From the NCBI GenBank assembly GCA_028023455.1, contig JAQFVV010000003.1, positions 22,010,001 through 22,074,000 of the forward strand: DNA of 64,000 nt, in the 5' to 3' direction. This document shows positions 11,197 through 24,754 of this stretch, in pieces; within the stretch, counting starts at the first letter, position 1; every line of letters starts with the position of its first letter. Under the pieces are notes generated by a model. The model worked only from the letters and a program-made list of their open reading frames with translations, searched no databases and was not told the DNA's origin. The position numbers were made by a program, and so were the translations under genes. The stretch comes from Epiperipatus broadwayi (Eukaryota > Animalia > Onychophora).

Positions 11197-14100
11197 CTTT
11201 AGATGGCTGCATTTTGACTGACTAATGTGATATTTAGAACAAGTCATTCTGGAAATGGAGATTTTATAATTGAATAATATCTGTTGTTCATTGATTGATT
11301 TAACTTACAATAAATAGCTCTATATTAGATCGAAAATAGTTGCTCTTGAAAGGGTAATGATTCACAAACTTTAAAATTTTATGGCTTGATTTGTGATGAG
11401 AAATATTCACGGGACCTGAGACATTTGATATATATATATCATACTAAGACAATACAGAATCCCAAAAATCTCTGAGGAAGTTTAAACTTTAGCTTTAGAG
11501 GCTAGAAGTTAAAAGAATATTTAAAAGCTTATTATTTTTACACTTATTTAGTTTAAGTAAAAAATAATTAACTGAATTCTCTGATTTATAACAAAAAGAA
11601 AATCCACTATAAAAGGTTAATTAACTGGGGAAAAAAACTGATTTGCTTAATTCAGGAAATATTAAGCAAACAATTCATAGTCCAAGATGGTGATTATATA
11701 ATATAAAAAAAACATTTATAAAGTGTATGATGTAACTCTCAAATAGTAAAAATCTAAAAGTGTAAGATGAATCAAACTATCACAGATGGCTTTATTATTA
11801 GTTAACATGATATCAGGTGGAAAATGTATACTCATTAGAAAAACATCACCTTAATTAATCATATATTATTTTTCAAAACAAAAAATCCACAACAAAAGTA
11901 TGTGTAAATTTTAGTATATGGGGGAAGATTGTCTAATTTTATACTTTTTGTCTTCAATGTTCTCATCAGTGTTTTTCTCCAATATGTTGATGGGTTAAAT
12001 GGCAATATAATAAAACCTCTATCCATTGTCACATATATAATGATTTCCAGTATCTGACATCTACTTTATTGGATCCTGATTAAATGCCGTAGAAATACAT
12101 TTATCTGATTCCATCATTCATTAAACTATTATTTTATCACATTAAATGCCAATAAATTACAATCCTGATGCAGTATTTTCTGCATGGTTGATTTTTTTTT
12201 AATGAAATAACACCATGTAGCTCCTTTACTCTCTGTTCTTTTTTGGACTAAGTGAAGACTTGAAAACATTTTTGTTGTGAATAAAGCTTCAAAAATAGGT
12301 ATCCACTTCTAAATTTAAATTTATTATAAGGGCTTCTATATTTACCACTTCCATCTGTTACCATAGTTTATTACATTTTTTTCTTCTTAATATATATTTT
12401 TTAAAATTTTAAATGATATACAGTTGAAACATCATTGTCAAGAATTCCTTGCAAATATTTCAAAGTAAACATCATTTTCATCAGTTAATCTAATTTATTG
12501 TATTTTATTCCCTTTTTTTATTCCTGTCATAATATATTATTTATTTTATTAAATAAAAGAAGAAAAAGTAAATAATTGAAAGGTTTAGTGCTCAGGAACT
12601 CCTAAGATGTTTTGAACACTGGAAGTGTTAATTGGAGCTGTGATCAACAGATTCTAAGTATTCACTATTCTATCAATGCACTAAACCATACAAGACAAAA
12701 CTTGAATTGTTTTAAATTTTGTTGCAACTTGTGATGGAAGTAAAAGCTTTCAATAAATAGATATTGCTTATTCATACAGTGTAATTACAACAAATATAAA
12801 ATATTTTCATTTAAAAAGACTAAACATAAAATTTGTTAAGACAAATGCCAATCAAAGATTTTTTTTCCTAAAATTTAATGAAAATTTATAAAATGTTGAA
12901 TTGTAATTTCAAAGATCTTTTAATTCACGCTTTACTATGTTAAGATCTTAAGGCCATGATCACTAAGAAGTGCTTTATATTACGCTCGATTTTTTTTAAA
13001 CAATATATATAATTAGGATGATATTAAAATTACAAGCACATATACACAATTTGCAAATAATAGTTTATCTTTGCAATTATAAAATCTGGGTTATATTTAG
13101 ACATGAATTTTAGTAAATGATCCATTAAATTGTTTCTATTCATAATTTTTAATTGGTTTTTGGTATAATTACTTTCTTGTATCCATCATTTATTTTTTCT
13201 AATCTCTTGAAGAGCAGATCAAAGTTCTTTACTATATAAAGCCCTGAGAAAGACTGCTATATGACTGAAGAAAAAAATGATAAAAAGTACAAAATTGCTA
13301 TCCTTAAACAATATCATAAAGTGACAAGAGATAGAAAATAATCATAAAACAATCACATAAACTTTGTTCCTAAAGTAAAGTTACAATATATATATAAAGT
13401 CATTAAATATGACCATAGTAAATTCATGAAAAAAATTTTGCAAGACATTTTAAAAAAAAAAAAAAAAACAATCCCTTTTTGAAAAAACAAATATTAATAT
13501 ACAATTTTCTTCCATGTCTACCTCCATACTGATGTTTAAAATCCATAAAAAATAAAGAACAATACTTATTTTTAATATGCACATATTTATGCTATAATTT
13601 AATTTTAAAATATAAGACATCAACAAAAATATAATAATATAGTTATGAAAAAGATAATATATTACAATAAAAAAATTTAGTTCTTTCACATATGTAAAAT
13701 AATTATTTTACTGTGATAGTAATCAAATATAAGGAAATCGCTGACTCATTTATTTCTAAATATTTATTTTTCAAACCAGATAGGAATCTTACGATTAAGG
13801 AGGGATAACTATACATAAATTTGCTTTTGCAAAAAGGCTAATGCTGTTACAAGAGACCATACACAAAACAAAATAGAATTAGAAAGATAACATTACAATT
13901 ATAGTCAAGAAATATCACAACAGCTCTCAGTGGCATACATTTTGAGAAAGGTGAATGATTCTTCTTGAAAATGTCAGTCTTTTTGGATCAGCACTTTTTT
14001 AAAGACTTGAAAATGAAGGATTCTATATGGCAGTCCCCAAATTCATATGCAAATTTATAGGCTTATTAAAATTTAAATCCTAAATGTTATTTGAAATTGC

Positions 14101-16417
14101 AAGCCATCTATTTATTAATACTTTAAAAAAATTGATAGTTTTACCACTTTTGAAAACCATCAATTGACTTATCTACCATATAAAAATTATGATAAGTTGG
14201 ATAAAAAAATGGACTCATTTTTATCTAACTAACAGATTAACATTGATACAACAAAGTAGGCATTACATATAACTTTGTTAAAATGACTGACTCTACTGGA
14301 GTCTTAATTATGAATTATTATTATTTGCAAGTCATTGGAGTTAGTTTCTCCATAAAATGACAAATATGTGGGTGGATATTAATTAAAATGTTTTGACTAT
14401 CTGAAATAGTCATTCTGTCTGCTCTTAAATTCTATTCAAAAAAACATTGATAATAATGGAGATTGTTTAAAACGGTCTAAACATTTCATTATAACAGTAA
14501 TAAAAAAAAAATTATTAAATAGTAGTTTACTTTTTATAAAATAAAATAAACCAATTAGAAATATAATCAATTTGATTTATCCACATATATACTTTTACAT
14601 ATATCAATATTTATTATCAGGTTGTTCACTTTTTAATCTATATTTTACCCATCCCTCTCACTTGTGTACTAATTCTTGTATATTTTTTCTCCTAAAAATA
14701 TACTCATTTGTATTATTTTTTTAGACATGTGATTTATAGACAATGGAAAAATATGACCCCCAATATCCATTTAGATATAACCATGTTCATCAGTTGCGAA
14801 AGAAGTGTCAATATGTGTTGTATTATCTGTAAAAACATATCAATAAGATATAACATTATACTTTTAAATACGATACTAACTAAGACATATTTGTATGTGA
14901 CAGATCTGCAAATATAATTTATTCCTTATTAATTACACAAAATATGCTTTCCAGCTGATATTTTATATATACATACATATAACTACAAATATAATCAATT
15001 GGCTGCAGAAAATAATTTGCTGTTAACTGAAAGGAGACCCCTTTGATTCTTCTCGGAGGCTTTAAAGAAACTGAGCAAGGCAAATATGTCTATTCTATAC
15101 ATTTTTGTCATTTCAGGTGTTATTACTATGTGATTATTCATATAATATACAAACATGGATGGGCTGCTCACCAACACAAGTTAGCCAACATGGTGATTAT
15201 CTTGGATTTTTATCTCTGAGTTTAAGATCAAGAAACACAATGGATGTTTTTCTCAGCTGCCTGATAGTTTTAACTGTAATCAGTTTAGTTTTCTTGAAGG
15301 CAAAATAAATGTGAGTGTGAATGATTTTTTTTATCTAATACATATTTACAATCATGACAGACAAAATTAAATCAAAGCCCTTAATCCCAGGAGTCAGCAG
15401 CCAAGGCAGTGGTTGGTGGCCAAAGGCTGGAATGCTAAGATCTCATGGTTGTGGGTGCAGACTGTCATTTGATGATGATATTTTATTTAAGATATTTACA
15501 ACTGCAGATCACTTTCAAGTGAATGAAGATTACAAGAATTGAAAGCAAGAACTATCTCATTTTAAATGTATTGAATTTCGTAAAGTTATTAGATGAAGAG
15601 ACAATTGATTTTTAAAAGTGGACATGCATTGTACTACAAATACACAAACATTGGAAGTACAAGTAGAGTAAGATTCATTATAAATAATAAGTGGAAGAAC
15701 AACATTGTGGAGATTGATGTGTACCAGACAGAATGGCTAGATTAATTATTCAACTCAATAGTAATGTCAAATGCACATAATTCAGGTTTATGCTCCAACA
15801 AGTTTCCATTGCGATGATGAAGTAGAGAATTTTGATATGGAAAACAACATTTTAAAATTCTTATGGGAGACTTTAATGCTAGAATTAGTAAACAATTGAA
15901 AGATGAAAATGCTGTAGGTAAATTTGCTTGTAGTGTTAGTAATGAGAGATGTCATTAACTTGCTGGAGTTACTTTTGCATTATGATTTTTTTTTCTTTTT
16001 TTGAGAAAAATGGACATGGAAGCATCCAAATGAAGATACAGTAGAATTGGATTATATTTTGACTAACAGAAAACATGTATTTCAAGATTGTAATATTCTT
16101 AATAAATTCATCGTTGTGTAAGTTGTACGAATACATGTTAATGTAAAACTAAAGAGACAAAAATTTATTAAGAAAAACAATATTCAAAGTTGGTATTCCT
16201 AATCTTTAGAAACATTCCAATAAATTTAAATTAGAAATTACAAATTGTTTTCAAATATTAGCATATTTTGAACATAATTCAGATTTACATCACATGATCA
16301 CAGACTGTTAATAGTAGCAAACTCTCCATAAAGTAATGCCACCAAGTGCAAGCTTTCATAGTCAATGGATGAAGGAAGGTTTGCGCATAAAATCCCTATA
16401 TTGTGCCTACTCATCCA

Positions 16418-16462
16418 ATATTTCTAGACTAGTTTCTAGCTTATAGCTTTCATCAGTGAGGA
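16418..16462 (-). ncRNA. Minimal type-I hammerhead ribozyme (inverted arm)
   Basis: Minus strand CCTCA-CTGATGA-AAGCTATAAGCTA-GAAA-CTAGTC-TAGA; core intact, stem I partly eroded. Confidence 0.65.
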
Positions 16463-16779
16463 GCTTTGGATTTAAGAATACTCACTATGTAAGCATATGA
16501 AATGGTGATCATGCAATATTTTGATGATTTTATACCTATTCCTGCTTATAGGATAATGGTGACTGTGGTTTTTGAAAAACCAAAGATATGAAGATGTATA
16601 GATGCTAAACTGAGTTTGGATCTATATGACTATACAAGCAGATAAGCTTGGATTGAAAACATTGTTGTGTTTTCATATTGAGCTCCTAGCTTTACAGTTA
16701 ACAAAATAGGTAAAAGGTGACTGTGGGAGGGTTGCATTAGATTCTAAGATCTAGGTGTAGTGCTCTCAAATCCAAGACT

Positions 16780-16820
16780 CCTCACTGATGAAAGCTACAA
16801 GCTAGAAACTAGTCTGGATA
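16780..16820 (+). ncRNA. Minimal type-I hammerhead ribozyme
   Basis: CCTCA-CTGATGA(16785)-A-AGCT-ACA-AGCT-A-GAAA(16805)-CTAGTC-TGGA; palindromic ACTAGT stem III; GUC cleavage site at 16812-16814. Confidence 0.7.
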
Positions 16821-19800
16821 TATTGGAGAAGTAGGCATGAGATAGAGATTTTATGCACATATCTAACTGTGTCCACTGATTAAGAAGGCTTACACTTGAT
16901 GGCACTACTTTATGGAGAGTTTGCTACTGTTATAATTCAGATTTGAATGAAATCAGTAGGAAGATAACTGATACTTTTAAAAACTGCAACGAATATAGCT
17001 GATACAAAAAAGTAGCTATTGAGATGTAAAATTTCTGCCAAGACAATTTATGAAGAAAAGAAGGAATATGAAAATATATAAAAATTATGCATTAAGAAGA
17101 ATTGAATATCTCGAATTTTGTAAAATGGTGCTAAAAAGAGTTGATAATGATATAAGAAAGTATAATTTTGAACTAGCAAGAAAAGCTGTAGAAGAGAATA
17201 AAGAATGTAAAACAACATCTTGGTATTGATAAAAAACTTATTTCTGCAATAAGAAAACAAGATGAAAATATTACTAAAGAGATGACATCATGAAATGTGT
17301 AGAAGAATTCTATCAAGAATTATATAGCAATAAAGAACAAGGGAAAGTATCTCCTACAACTACTATATCTTCTGAATTGCCCAGGATTTTAAACAAAAAG
17401 TGAGATATGCAATTAAATTTTTGAAAAAGGGAAAATTCCAGATAATGATGGGATTATAAGTGGTATCTTAAAAGAAGCAGAAGAAATAGAAAATTTTTTG
17501 GAAAAGTTATATACTAAATGTCTAAATGATAAAGATATACCAGTTGATTGAATGTAGTATTAATACTAAATACTTAAAAAAGTGATAAAAAAGATACTAG
17601 AAATTATACACCTATCAGTCTTTTATCAGTTCTATACAAAGTTTTTATCAGAATAATTACAACTTATCTACAGTGAACTTTGGATTTAAATATTTAAAAA
17701 AAAAACTGGATTTAATAGTGGTTTTAGTACAGTGAATCATATCAAAATATTGAGAGAAGTTATAGAGAAGAACAATGAGTATAAGTTGCCATTATGCTTT
17801 GGAATTATAAAAAGGTATTTGATTCTATAAGCATTTATTTCATGATTAAAGTATTGGATCATCAAGGTATAGACCCAGGATATTGTCATATTCTGAAGAA
17901 TATTTATTAAAAAATGCAATAGCAACAATTAGATTACATAATGATACTAAGAAAGTTAATATTGAGAAGGATATATGACAGGGTGACTCCAAAACTTTTT
18001 ACAGCAGTTTTTCAAGATGTATATTGTGGATTAAAATGGAAAAGCTGAGAGAATAAAAGTAAATGGAGATTATTTAAGTTATGTAGACTTTGCAGATGAT
18101 GTGTTTTTGTAAATAGTGCTTTAGAGCTTCAGGAATGTTGAAAGAGTTATCAGATGAAAATAGGATTAAAGCTAAACATTAAAAAGACTAAACTAATGTT
18201 CAATGAATTTTCTCAAAAAAGAAAATAAAGATTGATAATAATGAGTTAGAAGAAGTTTAACAACTGCAAATACTTTTGATGGAAACATAACATAATTGAT
18301 AAAATTAATTATAGAATTAAACTTTGGTCAGAGTGCTTTTGATAAAAATAATTTAGTATTAAAAGAAAATACACCTATGTGTTTTTAATAAATGTGTTAT
18401 CAGTTCTTATTTAAGGATCTGAGACTTGAATACTTAGAAGAGCAATACAGAGACTTCAGACCACTCAACAAAGTGTAAAGAGATGTATGTTATGAATAAC
18501 AAGAGGAGATCAAAAAACAAAATATGTGGATGAAAGAACAAACAGGTGTTACTGACATAATTGAAAGAATTAAGAGACTAAAGAGTTGGACTAGACACAT
18601 TGTTAGAAGGGATGATAATAGATGGACAGTTGAAACCTTAAACTGAATTCCATGAGTTTGTAAATGACCTAGAAAGAGACCACATGTGAGATGGATGGAT
18701 GAAATAAGGAAATGTGCTGGAATGATATGAAGAGAGGCTAGAGATCAAAAATGGCTTAAACTTGGAGACCTTCATCCTGAAGTGGATCGATAATAGTAAA
18801 AAATGATGATGATAACCAATCACATTTCAGAGCTAGGATGTAAGCAACATCTATTAGCTCATTATTTAATAAGATTTTCAATAATAGCTAAATTATAAAC
18901 TATGGCAATATAAAACTCATAAAACTTATTTCAGGGACATGCTTTTCATTAGCTGTGCCACTCTCCAACTTCATTGATCCCAAATAAAAACAGGTTTGAC
19001 TTTGATTTTTAAGATACAAACCTATTCTAATTTGTGATCAGTGATCCCGGGGTTTGTGGTTCCTCTGAAACTGATCCTGTGGACTTTGTATTGTCATAGA
19101 CCATAATTTAGAATTTGGCTATTATGATTCTGGCACTGTTTTTGCTGAAAGCTGCTCTCAGTCCAATTAATTAGTTTATGTTTATTATTTATATCTTTTC
19201 ACCTGAACTCAAAAGTCAATGAGTGCTTTAGAATTATAAAACAATTTGTGTCTTCATTACATAATAAGTTAATAAGAAATGCTCAAATGTTATCATTCAT
19301 AATAAAATTATAAATATTTATTACATACATAACATAAAAATAATGAAGTAATAAAAATAAATAAATTTAAAAATCAAATCTGATATTATTGTAATAAAAT
19401 GAATCTTGAACATGCTGTGATACATTTTATTAAGGGTTGAGAAAAGAAGATAGTGAATCTGGTTTTTGGATTAATCAGAATATCAGTTATCAGAAGATTA
19501 CTTGAAGTTATAAAAGATACTTTCCAATATTGCTTAACATCTATTAGTTAGAAAGGCAGAAATAGACATCCACTGTTATATCTATGGCTAGGGATTCAAA
19601 TTCAAGACAAGTAAATTTATTTCAAGATGCATAGGTTTAGCTTTTCTTAGCCTGAAGACAAAACAACGATGGAAATCACTCAAAACTCTCATCTCCTGGC
19701 AATTAGTAAGTCTTAGGAGTATTGACTTTATTGTCCTTCTATGAGCAACTATTAAAAAAGCCTTTGCACTGTAATAACCTATTTATTCAAAAAAATAGAA

Positions 19801-20714
19801 GTTTTATCTTCATATTGGTTATTTTAATTGTATCTGCATCTAATTTCTTTGTATCTTTAACTCATTTCCAAAATTTTATTTAATAAATTATGTAAAGTAG
19901 CAGAATTTTTTCCTCTAAATACTATAAAATTTTAAAAGCATCATTGTAATCCCCAAAAAAAAATTAGTAAAAGATGAGATAAGCACAATACATAAGAACA
20001 AAAAAATAAATAAAAGCAGAAAAAAATTTTGTAAATTGAATTTTTAAAAAACAAATAAAGTAAACTAACATTAAAAATTTGAGAAAAAAAATGTATCTAA
20101 TCATATTCAGAATGAATGAGAAAAGCAATCCATATTCTATAATGTGTTATCATTAGTCCCGTAAGATATCAATTTTTCTAGAATACAGTTCTAATTTTTA
20201 ACTAATCTGCTTGTATTAACATGTGTTGCTTATAATACAATATATAACATCTTTAACAGGTTGAAATAAATAGAAGGAATTTTTCCAGATACACACCAGA
20301 TGTTATGCTTAAGATTATGAATGGTAACTAGTCTTAAACACAATTGATGAAATAAAATTTATTATCAAAATAGTTTATGAATGTTGTTATTTTACAATTC
20401 AGTGATTACTTGTATTGATTAATAACATTAATTTAAAGTATCACATTATATTATAAATGGCACTCCATTCTGTCTGCTTCAAAATTATCTACATTGTTTA
20501 TATGTTTAGTTTTATTTTGGATTTAAAGCTAAAATGAATTTGAGAATCAATTATAAGTTGTTTTGTTTCGTTTGTGTTTTTTTTTTTTTTGATAAAAATA
20601 TTACTAACCTCATTGCAGATATTTAAAAAATAGAGCATAGAATTGAAATAAAAGTGTCTGCAAAAATATTCTATTTTGCCATCTGTGGTAAAAAATGCAC
20701 ATACAGATATTTAC

Positions 20715-20978
20715 ACCAACACTCCAATGCAAATTTTTTTTATATAATTCCTTTAATTTTCTAACAGTTTTGACTAACCTGCAATCTTCATTAGAGCATT
20801 TGCTTTCTTTTTGAATTTATAAGAATAATACTTCTAAGAAGAAATGGGAAAAAAGACTCGGTTATAAATTTAAAAAGAAAGAGGAAGGTTATGCAAATGC
20901 TCTGATGAAGACTGCAGGACAGTTGAAACTGTTAGAAAATTAAAGGAATTATATAAAAAAAATTTGCATTGGAGTGTA
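20715..20978 (+). mobile_element. PLE-type inverted pLTR pair with hammerhead at 20897-20937
   Basis: Arms 20715-20803 / 20893-20978. CTGATGA(20902)-A-GACTG-CAGGA-CAGTT-GAAA(20925)-CTGTT; the inverted copy restores CAGTC. Confidence 0.6.
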
Positions 20979-22221
20979 TATGTGGAGATTTATAAAAAGT
21001 AATATATATAAATATATGAAGGAATGCAAAACAAACTAAAGAAGAAGATATAAGAATAATATTTAAATCAACATATTAATCTTTATAATGCTAATTCAAT
21101 ATTGTTTTTATGAAACTAGATATATTTATTGATCAATATTGGTCAGCTATGGCAAATCACTTAAAAGAAAAATTCTAAAGATACTTGGCAACTTTATAAA
21201 ATTTCCATGATTAAACCAATCTGGTTTTGGAACATATGAGGGCTATTATACAATATCAGGAGACCCTCCATTAATAAATTTAATCAGCATTAAATAAAGA
21301 CCTTCATTAAATAACAAATATATACTCAAGAAATAATAATCTAGTAGTATTTTTTTTTGTTTCTTTTTAAAAAAAAAAGATAAAAATAGGATATACCTAG
21401 TGATTGGTTGCTTTCAAATATTGGTTGCAATCAAATATTTTATCTTTTGATTTACATATAAACATTGTGATTAATAAAAATTACAATAATTTTCAAATTC
21501 TCATTAAAAAAAGATATATTACAATCTTTTGGCAACATCATTTATTATAACACTATTAAATTTGGCCATGTAAATTATTGTCTACGTTATTATTACAAAC
21601 ATATAAAATTTAGCTTATTATTTACAAATACATTTAGTATTTTTATTGGATTCTAATATCCCTTCATAAAAACTTTAAGACTTAACATAATGTTAATCTG
21701 CGTCTCAGTTTATAATAAATTTCTTAAATAACTAACAAAACTTTATAATATTAATTAAATAATTAATAGTAATTTGTTCTGAGCATAAAAAAAAAAAACT
21801 ATGTGGATAAAACTGTAATTCTACTAGATTAATTATTTTAATCAAATAAAATTTTCAATATTTTTTACTGTTGTTGTTTCAATATGTTTTATGATTTTTT
21901 TTTTTTTTATAAGACATCATAATTACAATTTCATGATTAAAAAAATTATATATTTGCAAAGTTATTAATAAAAAATTAGCCCACAAATAATATTTTTAAA
22001 ATCCTAAATGAGATATATATTCTAACACAAACGGTAAAACAAACCATGGAAATTAGCCTATAATTTTCAATATTGCAATAATGAATGGAATCAATTAAAA
22101 GTGGGGCTTTCAAGAAATAGATCTGGTTCAAGGGTTGTTGTTGCGTTTGTGGTACATATATCTCAAAAATTAAACATTAAAAAAAATTTGTTACAAAATC
22201 CAGGAGATCGAGGAGTGATAC

Positions 22222-22495
22222 GCATGTGTATGCTTTTAAATGCACATGTATATATAGGTATAAACTTAATGAGAAAAATTAATAAGTTTAATAAATTAAA
22301 GAAAATTAAAAGACTGATTCTTTTAAAAATAGTAAGCAAAAGATTTATACCTTTTAAGATTAGAAAAAGATTATAAATCTTTTACTTACTATTTTAACAG
22401 AATCAGTCTTAATTTTCTTTAATTTATTAAACATTTTACTTTTTTTCATTAAGTTTATACTTATATATGTATGTGCATTTAAGCATATACACACA
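22222..22495. repeat. ~270-bp AT-rich palindrome (fold-back)
   Basis: 22226-22355 is inverted at ~22375-22492 (e.g. aagactgattc / gaatcagtctt; taaacttaatga / tcattaagttta). Confidence 0.8.
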
Positions 22496-22562
22496 TCAGG
22501 GAGGATGCAATAAACATTATAGGATGAAAAAATATCAGCATAAAAAAGAAAAATACAGTCAA

Positions 22563-22633
22563 GCGTTGGAGGCCTAGCGGTTAGCATAGCTGCCTTCCAA
22601 GCAGCTGGCCCAGGTTCGCTTCCTGGTCAATGC
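22563..22633 (+). tRNA. tRNA-Gly-TCC: tRNA-Gly(TCC), divergent; probably a pseudogene
   Basis: Cloverleaf: acceptor GCGTTGG/TCAATGC, anticodon arm GCTGC-CTTCCAA-GCAGC, T arm CCAGG-TTCGCTT-CCTGG; U8 and A58 are substituted. Confidence 0.8.
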
Positions 22634-23093
22634 TTTGACATATAAAAAAAAAGAAAAATACAACTAAGTTCATTTTCAAAAAGAGAAAATATCCCAAAGC
22701 GTATTTCCAATGCTCAGAACTGATACAAACATTAAGGTATACTTACAACTTTCAAATTTACATTTATAATTATTAATTTTCAATCTTTTTGCATAATCTT
22801 TCAACACTAAATTTTATTGAAGTTATAGTTTAAAATACAGCTAAAATTAAAATATGTAAAATGTTTTTTTTTTATTATTAAAAGATACTATGTTAAAAAA
22901 ACATTTAAAAAAAATTAGTTTCTTTATATACTTTTATACATAATAATGCAATTATACAGCATAAAAATAATCAGTTGTGGACCTTGTTATATAAATATAC
23001 TTTTAAAAAATTATATAATTTTTTTTTACAAAATTAAAATACTGTTCGATTTTGAGAAAATTCACCTTAAATATAACTATTATCTATAGGCAA

Positions 23094-23305
23094 ATATATT
23101 ATTGCTTTTTATATGGAGAAATATAGAGTATATTAAATTTTACCTTAAATGCATTTTCAGTGTGGAGCACCCTTTTTAAAGATAAATGTTATACAAATAA
23201 CTATTGAGAATTTTTGGAAAAGGTGCTCTCCATTGAAAATGCATTAAGATTATATTTGATGTTATTTATATTTTCTTCATATAAAAAACAGTAATATAAA
23301 TGTGT
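23094..23305. repeat. Fold-back repeat
   Basis: aatgcattttcagtgtggagcacc (~23148) is inverted as ggtgctctccattgaaaatgcatt (~23222); the arms extend outwards. Confidence 0.65.
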
Positions 23306-23392
23306 ATAAATAATGATGAAGTCATGGTTTAATGTGTATAGATAATGATGAAGTCATAGTTTAATGTGTATAGATAATGATGAAGACATAAT
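23300..23392. repeat. ~32-bp tandem repeat x3 (tgtgtatagataatgatgaagtcatagtttaa)
   Basis: Three direct copies are visible. Confidence 0.85.
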
Positions 23393-23786
23393 TTTTTACT
23401 TTTTAATTATGAAAGATAAAAGAAGAGGTTTAGCATAGCTAATCAAAAGATTACATTTCATAAGCTATAATTCCTTGTAAATATAATCTCATTCAAAACT
23501 TTTCAATTGTCAACTGTAAAAGAGTTAATATCTAATGTTACTTCAGATATTGAAATATATTATTATTACATTTTTAATTCTCTATATTCCACATCATATA
23601 ATTATGTTAGAACCATAAATTCAGTTAATTCTAAATTCCAAATTCTTTTTAAACAATATTGTTTTGATTTTTCAATAACATATTTTGATTATTTCTACCA
23701 AGTCGTCATCTCTTAGAATCATGGGTAAAAAGATAAAAATAAACCATGCTCTCAGACCCCAAAAATATAATATGCCCCCCCCCCCA

Positions 23787-23787
23787 C

Positions 23788-23815
<28 letters not shown>
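23787..23815. repeat. (CA)n microsatellite after a poly-C run
   Basis: Direct reading. Confidence 0.9.
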
Positions 23816-23819
<4 letters not shown>

Positions 23820-24049
23820 GTTAAATTACTTTTTAAAAAATATAGATGATAATATAATAAATTTTAAAATGATTAACGATTTATGAATTCAGATAAGATA
23901 AATTGAAAAAAAAAAGCATCTTGTTAACAAAAATTGTTCTGAATACTATTGTTTGAAATTATACAAGACTGTCTAATTAATAGTAGCTAAATACACATTT
24001 ACTAACTGCTAATAATATTTAAATACAAGTATAATATATATATATACTT

Positions 24050-24190
24050 TAAGCTAGATGTAATTAGAAGGTATTTGAACTAAGACTTTCAAATTTCTCT
24101 TTAATCATTCACTCCATCTTACACAACCAATATACAAGACCACATACATGTGGAAAAGATAAATGATCTCCAATATACATACTTTGTACT
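24050..24190 (-). mobile_element. Inverted PLE pLTR fragment (partner of 26240-26410)
   Basis: The reverse complement aligns at roughly 85% by eye to 26283-26405 and stops at the hammerhead stem III. Confidence 0.7.
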
Positions 24191-24214
24191 GGGTCTCATC
24201 TTCCACACACACGT

Positions 24215-24375
24215 ATATATAATCAGTGCTCAATTTATATCAAAATCTTCAAACTTTAAAAGACAGGCTTCAAGCTGAAGAGTTAGAGAGTGGAGAAGAT
24301 TAAAGTCTGTCCATTAAAGTTTGAAGATTTGCTATCTTAATATAAAATGAACACTGATTACATATATATTATAAT
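24215..24375. repeat. Fold-back hairpin
   Basis: atatataatcagtgctc...aaatcttcaaacttta is inverted as taaagtttgaagattt...gaacactgattacatatat. Confidence 0.7.
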
Positions 24376-24754
24376 GGTATACATATGTTGTTACATTATT
24401 TTAAAATTAAAAATAAGGGGGGAAATAAATCTTAAATAAAATTGATTTATTAAAAACTAAAAGAAAATTAAAAGTTATGATTAACATATATATATATATC
24501 ACACAAATTTAAAAAAAAAGTATTTAAAAGTAAGAAATTTAAAAAAAAGTAAAGATCTAAAGATTAGTACTTTTAATAAAAAGTTATATAAAAGAAAATA
24601 GAAATTAATATTAATTAATTTCTATTTTAAGAATCATATTTAATCTTAGTAAATGGAAATGATTGTTTTATTAATTAAATATAAAGCAAACTAGCCCTTG
24701 GGGCACTTAAATAATTGAAAGGTCAGATAAGAGAATAAAAAAATTAAAGATTGA

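Larger units (their letters stand above)
16287..16931 (+). mobile_element. 645-bp non-autonomous PLE/retrozyme-like insertion with two opposed hammerheads
   Basis: Perfect 13-bp TSD ataattcagattt (16274-16286, 16932-16944); the site is single-copy in the uninterrupted RTE (52237-52249). Arms ~16303-16485 / ~16757-16931. Confidence 0.85.
15001..18811 (+). mobile_element. Old full-length RTE-clade LINE, heavily decayed, same family as 50911-54205
   Basis: Colinear with the young copy from the identical 5' GGCTGCAGAA to the (TGA)n tail; TSD ataatcaat / ataaccaat; many stops and indels; interrupted by the 16287-16931 insertion. Confidence 0.92.
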
